A DNA stretch of 64,000 bases from Ascoidea asiatica JCM 7603 (taxonomy: Eukaryota; Fungi; Ascomycota), in the NCBI GenBank assembly GCA_001600695.1, contig BCKQ01000014.1, positions 120,989-184,988 on the forward strand. The letters are read 5' to 3'. Made by a program: the position numbers and the translations under genes. The notes under the pieces are model-generated. The model saw nothing but the letters and a program-made list of their open reading frames with translations. It was not told where the DNA came from and did not search any database. Positions 58,459 through 64,000 of the stretch are shown here, piece by piece (the stretch's first letter is position 1; each line of letters starts with the position of its first letter).

Positions 58459-59280
58459 TTCAATATACCATATATGTATATGTATATGTATATATTTATA
58501 ATTCTATACTTATATATTTCTTATAGATTTCAGACACTTTATTCTTATTTATTTTCAAATATATTCTCGAAACTATTTATTAATTATTTTGTTTCTTTAT
58601 CTATTTCCTTCTTTCTTTTTCAAAACTTTCGTTAAATTGAATTTTAAGCTACTTCTTCTATGAAAGGTTTCCTTTTATATAATAGATATTGATATTGGTT
58701 GAATATGTAAATTCTTTATCTTTCTCTTGACATTTGGTATCATTATATCTGAAGTTCATGCACCAGTTCCATCATTGAACATCAACAGTATACGTAATTC
58801 TACACCAAAAACAACCAAATTCTTGCTGAATATCCACCAAAACCAGCTGAGCCTAACCACACTTTCCTTTATTTCTCAGAAATATTTCATCAGCCTCCGT
58901 CCGCAGTCCGCAAAGCACCAGCTGCCGCGCACGGGAAATACTAAAATCATTAATTTTATTAACCAGACACATGGAAAGACACGGATTACTTTCAGACGGA
59001 TTTTTTAAAACATATGCAAAAGTACGTAACCCTAAGTACGTACACACATTATTATATTTCCATATTTGTGGGTGAATCAATAACACCCTCGGTTTACTAC
59101 CCTCGGCATAAACCCTTATTTATTATTATTCTGAGATTACAATAGTGTAGTCAATTATCATCACTTTTATTATCAATATTATTCTACAATTTAATCTGAT
59201 CTTTTTGTTCATATTTCTGTCTTTAATTTACTTACAAAAGTAATAAAATTATTTCATCATCATTATCATTATTATATTCT

Positions 59281-59970
59281 CTAGGCTAACATTTGAAGAT
59301 TCTTTCTTTTTTTCCCAGTACTTTTTTTCTTAACTTTGTGTCTTTCACTACTTTTTTTAACATAACTTCTCCAATTATTAACTCTTTCTTCTCTTTTATC
59401 ATCCCAATTTTTTTGTAATTTTTTTGTCAATAAAATTTTACTTTTTTCTTCTTCTTCTTTTTGTTTCTTGATTATTTCTTTTTTCAAATTTTCTTTCATT
59501 TCTAATCTTTTTAAAAATTCATCTTCAATTAAAATTTCTTTAACTTTTGCTCTAATTTCTTTTAAAAAACTTTCATTATTTTTTTTTATAATTTCATCAT
59601 TATAACTTATTTGTTTTTCTCTAATAAGTAATCTTCTTGCATCTTTATAAATATTATCTAAATATTCTTTATTTTTATTTTTTTCCTCATTTGTAATTTC
59701 ATCTTTTTTAAATTCAACTAAATTTAAATGTGCTTTTTTTAAAATATCAAAAGAATCTGAAGCTTTAATATTTTTACTTTTATCAGGATGAATTAATAAT
59801 GATTTTTTTTTATAACTTCTATTTATTTCATTTATTGAACATCCAGGTTCTAATTCTAATATACTATATGAATCTAATTTAAAACAATTATAAATTCTCT
59901 CAATTTCACTATCTTTAACTAATTCACTTTCTTGTCTTGCCAATGTATTTTCTATCTCACTTAACCCCAT
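59281..59970 (-). CDS. J-domain protein, Spf31/DNAJC8-like
   Basis: EIERIYNCFKLDSYSIL, YKKKSLLIHPDK, C-terminal WDDKREERVNNWR. Confidence 0.85.
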   Translation of the reverse strand: MGLSEIENTLARQESELVKDSEIERIYNCFKLDSYSILELEPGCSINEINRSYKKKSLLIHPDKSKNIKASDSFDILKKAHLNLVEFKKDEITNEEKNKNKEYLDNIYKDARRLLIREKQISYNDEIIKKNNESFLKEIRAKVKEILIEDEFLKRLEMKENLKKEIIKKQKEEEEKSKILLTKKLQKNWDDKREERVNNWRSYVKKSSERHKVKKKSTGKKRKNLQMLA

Positions 59971-60105
59971 TTTATATATTACTTATGTCTTAAGTAAAAT
60001 ATTAATTAATTTCTCATTAGTATATTCTACTTATTCACTTATCTTCAAAACCATTATTTAAGAATCTTCTCAATTATTTGTTGTAATTTCTTTACCAGAA
60101 CCGTA

Positions 60106-60165
60106 CGCGAAAAGAGATAACTAACGTTAATTGCTGCTACTAATAATTTTACGCGTCCCGCGAAA
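60106..60165. promoter_or_regulatory. SCB/MCB cluster upstream of the J-protein gene
   Basis: CGCGAAA at 60106-60112, ACGCGT at 60151-60156, CGCGAAA at 60159-60165. Confidence 0.55.
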
Positions 60166-60667
60166 TCAGTCTCAATCTCTGCTCAGGGCTCTAAATCCAA
60201 TATTTTTCTTTAATAACCGATAGCCTATGTAACTGTTATATTAAATAAATTACACAATTTAATGAATTTAATACAATTATAATTAATAGAATAATAATAA
60301 AATAAAATCTGAAGACAAACAAATTATAAAAGTTTATGTAAATTTATATTGAAATAACAAAAGTATGAAAGGAATTAAAAAGAACCAAATTTGAAATTTT
60401 AAAATTTCTAAAATACAAAAAAAAATTTGATAATAAAACAATATAATAAACTGAATAACAATGTCAAAAAGCAAAAAAATAATTAATAATAAAATAACAA
60501 AATAACAAAATTAAAAAAATAAATAGGTTTTAAATGTCTAATGTATAATAAATAATGTACTGTATGATAAAATAACAAAAAAATCAGAAATTAAATCTAA
60601 AAAAGAAAGAAAAAAAAAATACCACTAAAATTAATTCTTAAATTAGCTTTTTGAAAAATATAAATTA

Positions 60668-63600
60668 TTACTTTAAATTTCCATCAGAATTTATTCTTTT
60701 AAATTCTTTAGATTTATCATTATGATCATCGGAATTTGGTTTGGAATTTACTTTGATATTACTTTCTGTTAAAGCTTTTAACATTCTTGGTCTATTCATA
60801 TTATTAGCATTATTAATATTACTATTAATTCCTAAATTTGGTAATGGACCTCCAATAAAAAATTGTGATGCTGATGATGTTGACGATGAAGAAGAAGAAG
60901 AATTCACTCTTGATCTTCCTGAAGGTCTTTTCAATGGTTTGACTTTTCTACCATGTGGTCGTATAGGACTTACAATTCCCGTTTTTGCTTCATCTAATTT
61001 TTTCACAGATTTATCTAATCCTCCTAATGTAACAGAATCTATACCATCTGAATTAGCCAATGAATTTGTTGTTGATTTATTAGAATCTAATAAATTTCCT
61101 GTTGAACGTGGTGCATTCAAAAGTCTATTTTTAAAATTCATTGCAAATGCTGATGGTTTAGAATGTGCAACATATCCTATATGTTCCATATTTTTAATAA
61201 TCTCTAATTTTTTAAGATTTTGAACAACTCTAGAAATAGTTTGCAACATTTCAGCTGCATTTAAAGGTTTAGATAAATATTCATCCATATCTGATCCAAG
61301 ACATTTTTCTTTATCTCCAAGCATTGCATGAGCTGTTAAGGCAATTATTGGTAATCTATCTTTACCTTCTTCTTTTTCCCATTCTCTAATCATTTGTGTT
61401 GCTTCGAATCCAGATGCAACTGGCATTTGAACATCCATTAAAACACAATCAAAATCACTATTATCTCTTTTAACTGCTTGAAATGCTTGTAATCCATTTT
61501 CAACTACAACTACACTATGTCCATGTTTTTGTAAAATTCTTTTAGCTACTTTTTGATTAACTGAATTATCTTCGGCTAATAATATTTTAAAAGATGCTGG
61601 TCCATCTTTATTTGGAGGAGGAGTTCTAGCTTCTAATGCAGGTTTCAAAAGACATGCTAAATCATTAACTGAAAGTGGTGTAGTTCCATGAACTGCAAGA
61701 CCAAGATCTAAAACTTGAAACATATTCATAACTTCAGCTCCTTTTGTTAATAAAACTAGAGGAGCATATCCAGATATACCTCTTAACCTTTTAACTGTAG
61801 TAATACTATCTAAAACAATTACATCATTATTAAAAGGTTTAGCAGCTTCAATATTTGTTAATGTCTTAATTATAGTAGTTTGAAATTTTAATTGAATTAA
61901 TAATTCATCAATTGCATGAATTTCTTCATCAGAATGATTTAGTAAAACAACTAAAACTTTGTTTTCACTATACGGTAACAACTTTTCAAGATAAACTTCT
62001 AAAGGTACATGACATCTTCTAACTGTGATACAAAAATAAAATTGAGAACCTTTTCCAAATTCTGAAGTGACCCATATTCTACCTTCCATAAGCTCAATTA
62101 ATTGTTTTGAAATGGATAAACCTAAACCTGTACCACCAAATCTTCTAGTTGTAGATCCATCAGCTTGGCAAAATGTATCAAAAATTAAATTCAATTTTTC
62201 CTTTTCAATTCCAATTCCTGTATCAGATACACAAAATTTAAGCTTAAGAATATCTGGATCATTTTTTATTGCTTTGATTTTAGAATTTTTTTTACTGTTT
62301 GGATCATTCAAATCATCATCTGAATCTTCTGCTATTTGAATGAAAAAATCATCTTCGTCACCTTCAATTTCTTTAATTCTAATTTGTTTAGGTCTAACGA
62401 TAGGATATTTTTTTAAATCTTCTTTTTCTTCCTCAGGGGTATAATATTTCATAGATAATCTAACTTCTCCATGAGTAGTGAACTTTATTGCATTTCCAAC
62501 TAAATTGATTATCACTTGTCTTAATCTAAATGAATCTCCAAGCAAATTATCAGGAAAAGAATCATCAACTTGGTAAATTAAGTCTATATCCTTTTCCATT
62601 GTTTTTGCAGCTAAAGTCTTAAGGGCACCGAAAACACAACCTCTAATACCAAAATCTGTTCTTTCTACAGCCATTTTATTAGCTTCAATTTTTGAAATAT
62701 CTAAAATATCATCTAATATTACCAAAAGAGAAGAAGCAAGATTTGTAACAATTTGAAGCATTTCGCGTTGATATTGGGAAAGCTTGGTATCTAGAGTTAA
62801 TTGAGTCATACCAATAATTCCGTTCATCGGAGTTCTAATCTCATGAGACATATTAGCCAAGAATTCAGATTTTGCACTATTAGCAGCTTCTGCAGCTCTT
62901 CTTGCTCTCGAATTTTTCTGAAAAGAATCTTTCAATGAAGATACCATCATATTAATTTTCTTTTTCAATTCATCCAACTCTCCATTGGCTTCAATAGTAA
63001 TAAAACTGGAAAAATCACCACTTGCAGCTGCAGTAGTTATTTCTCCAAAGGCTCTAACTTGAGTTGTAATACTTTCTGCCATTAAATTGACATTAGTTGT
63101 AATTTCACGCCAAACACCTGCAGCATCTTTAACAACTGCTGCAACTCCTAAAATACCATGTATTCCAACTTGCCTTGCAACTCTACTAACTTCAAATGCA
63201 AAAATTTGTAAGGAATCTACCATAGTATTGATGGTATCTTTTAATTCTAAAATTTCACCTTGAGCTTCAACTTCAATCTTTTGTGACAAATCACCTTGAG
63301 CAACAGCAGTAGTAACAGCAGCAATAGCTCTTACTTGATTTGTTAAATTATTAGCCATAGCATTTACATTTTCTGTTAATTCCTTCCATAGACCATCAAC
63401 ATTTGTGACATGAGCTTGTGCACCAAGAGCACCTTCAATACCAACATCTTTAGCAACTTTAGCAACTTCCGAGGCGAATAATTGAAGAGAATCAACCATA
63501 GTATTAATCGTATTTTTAAGCGCTAATATTTCGCCAGAAGCTTCAACTAAAATTTTTTTTGAAAAGTCTCCTTTAGCAACAGCCGTAGTAACTGTAGCAA

Positions 63601-64000
63601 TTCCTCTAACTTGATCAGTAAGATTAGCTGCCATTGCATTTACATTTTCAGTTAATTCCTTCCAGAGACCATTCAATCCAAAAACTTCAGCCTGAACACC
63701 TAATTTACCATCAATTCCTACATCTTTAGCTACTTTAGCGACCTCTGATGCAAAAACTTGAAGAAAATCTACCATTCCATTTAATGTATCCTTCAATTGC
63801 AAAATTTCCCCTTTTGCCTCAACTTCAATTTTTTGAGAAAAATCACCCTGAGCAACAGCAGTAGTAACTGCAGCTATACTTCTAACTTGACTTGTTAAGT
63901 TATTAGCCATAGCATTAACATTTTCTGTTAAATCCTTCCACAATCCATCTACATTTGTAACATGCGCTTGAGCTCCAAGAGTTCCCTCAACCCCTACTTC
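60668..64000 (-). CDS. NIK1: Group III hybrid histidine kinase (poly-HAMP, HisKA, HATPase, receiver); 5' end outside the window
   Basis: 92-aa HAMP repeats, [45 protein letters not shown]. The frame remains open to 64000. Confidence 0.95.
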   Translation of the reverse strand, partial: EVGVEGTLGAQAHVTNVDGLWKDLTENVNAMANNLTSQVRSIAAVTTAVAQGDFSQKIEVEAKGEILQLKDTLNGMVDFLQVFASEVAKVAKDVGIDGKLGVQAEVFGLNGLWKELTENVNAMAANLTDQVRGIATVTTAVAKGDFSKKILVEASGEILALKNTINTMVDSLQLFASEVAKVAKDVGIEGALGAQAHVTNVDGLWKELTENVNAMANNLTNQVRAIAAVTTAVAQGDLSQKIEVEAQGEILELKDTINTMVDSLQIFAFEVSRVARQVGIHGILGVAAVVKDAAGVWREITTNVNLMAESITTQVRAFGEITTAAASGDFSSFITIEANGELDELKKKINMMVSSLKDSFQKNSRARRAAEAANSAKSEFLANMSHEIRTPMNGIIGMTQLTLDTKLSQYQREMLQIVTNLASSLLVILDDILDISKIEANKMAVERTDFGIRGCVFGALKTLAAKTMEKDIDLIYQVDDSFPDNLLGDSFRLRQVIINLVGNAIKFTTHGEVRLSMKYYTPEEEKEDLKKYPIVRPKQIRIKEIEGDEDDFFIQIAEDSDDDLNDPNSKKNSKIKAIKNDPDILKLKFCVSDTGIGIEKEKLNLIFDTFCQADGSTTRRFGGTGLGLSISKQLIELMEGRIWVTSEFGKGSQFYFCITVRRCHVPLEVYLEKLLPYSENKVLVVLLNHSDEEIHAIDELLIQLKFQTTIIKTLTNIEAAKPFNNDVIVLDSITTVKRLRGISGYAPLVLLTKGAEVMNMFQVLDLGLAVHGTTPLSVNDLACLLKPALEARTPPPNKDGPASFKILLAEDNSVNQKVAKRILQKHGHSVVVVENGLQAFQAVKRDNSDFDCVLMDVQMPVASGFEATQMIREWEKEEGKDRLPIIALTAHAMLGDKEKCLGSDMDEYLSKPLNAAEMLQTISRVVQNLKKLEIIKNMEHIGYVAHSKPSAFAMNFKNRLLNAPRSTGNLLDSNKSTTNSLANSDGIDSVTLGGLDKSVKKLDEAKTGIVSPIRPHGRKVKPLKRPSGRSRVNSSSSSSSTSSASQFFIGGPLPNLGINSNINNANNMNRPRMLKALTESNIKVNSKPNSDDHNDKSKEFKRINSDGNLK

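Noticed and set aside
411-59086. Short tracked ORFs in intergenic islands (e.g. 7559-7886, 27679-28083, 46318-46857, 49695-50072, 52390-52968, 56151-56363) and antisense or shadow ORFs within genes
   Set aside because: Mostly TTG/GTG starts, microsatellite-derived low complexity or reverse frames of real genes; no recognisable domains.

Overview
Gene-dense, very AT-rich window of a budding-yeast (Saccharomycotina) nuclear genome. No convincing introns were found. ORFs carry many poly-Asn (AAT) tracts and are separated by short GC-richer promoter islands. Composition and gene content suggest an Ascoidea-like yeast; this is inference only. There are 20 protein-coding genes: SRP102 (partial), SAK1-family kinase, SWI6, RAV1, a secreted CBM1-GH5 mannanase, VAS1, MSL5, a Reb1/Nsi1-like Myb protein, a Zn2Cys6 factor, CDC39/NOT1, a KTR-family GT15, GTF1, HFI1, an aldehyde reductase, a Wor3-like 8xCxxC protein, an unknown RWHPDK protein, BRE5, CDC50, a Spf31-like J protein and NIK1 (partial). 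No tRNA, rRNA, transposon or CRISPR was found. The main findings are: (1) the NOT1 frame is open 439 codons upstream of the tracked ORF, includes the conserved Not1 N-terminus, has no in-frame AUG for 541 codons, and begins at a CTG in start-like context (AAAA CTG TCT), suggesting non-AUG initiation; (2) a filamentous-fungus-style CBM1-linker-GH5_7 mannanase in a yeast; (3) coding AT-richness appears to track distance to promoters; (4) a probable GT15 pseudoenzyme; (5) clusters of cell-cycle and stress motifs.
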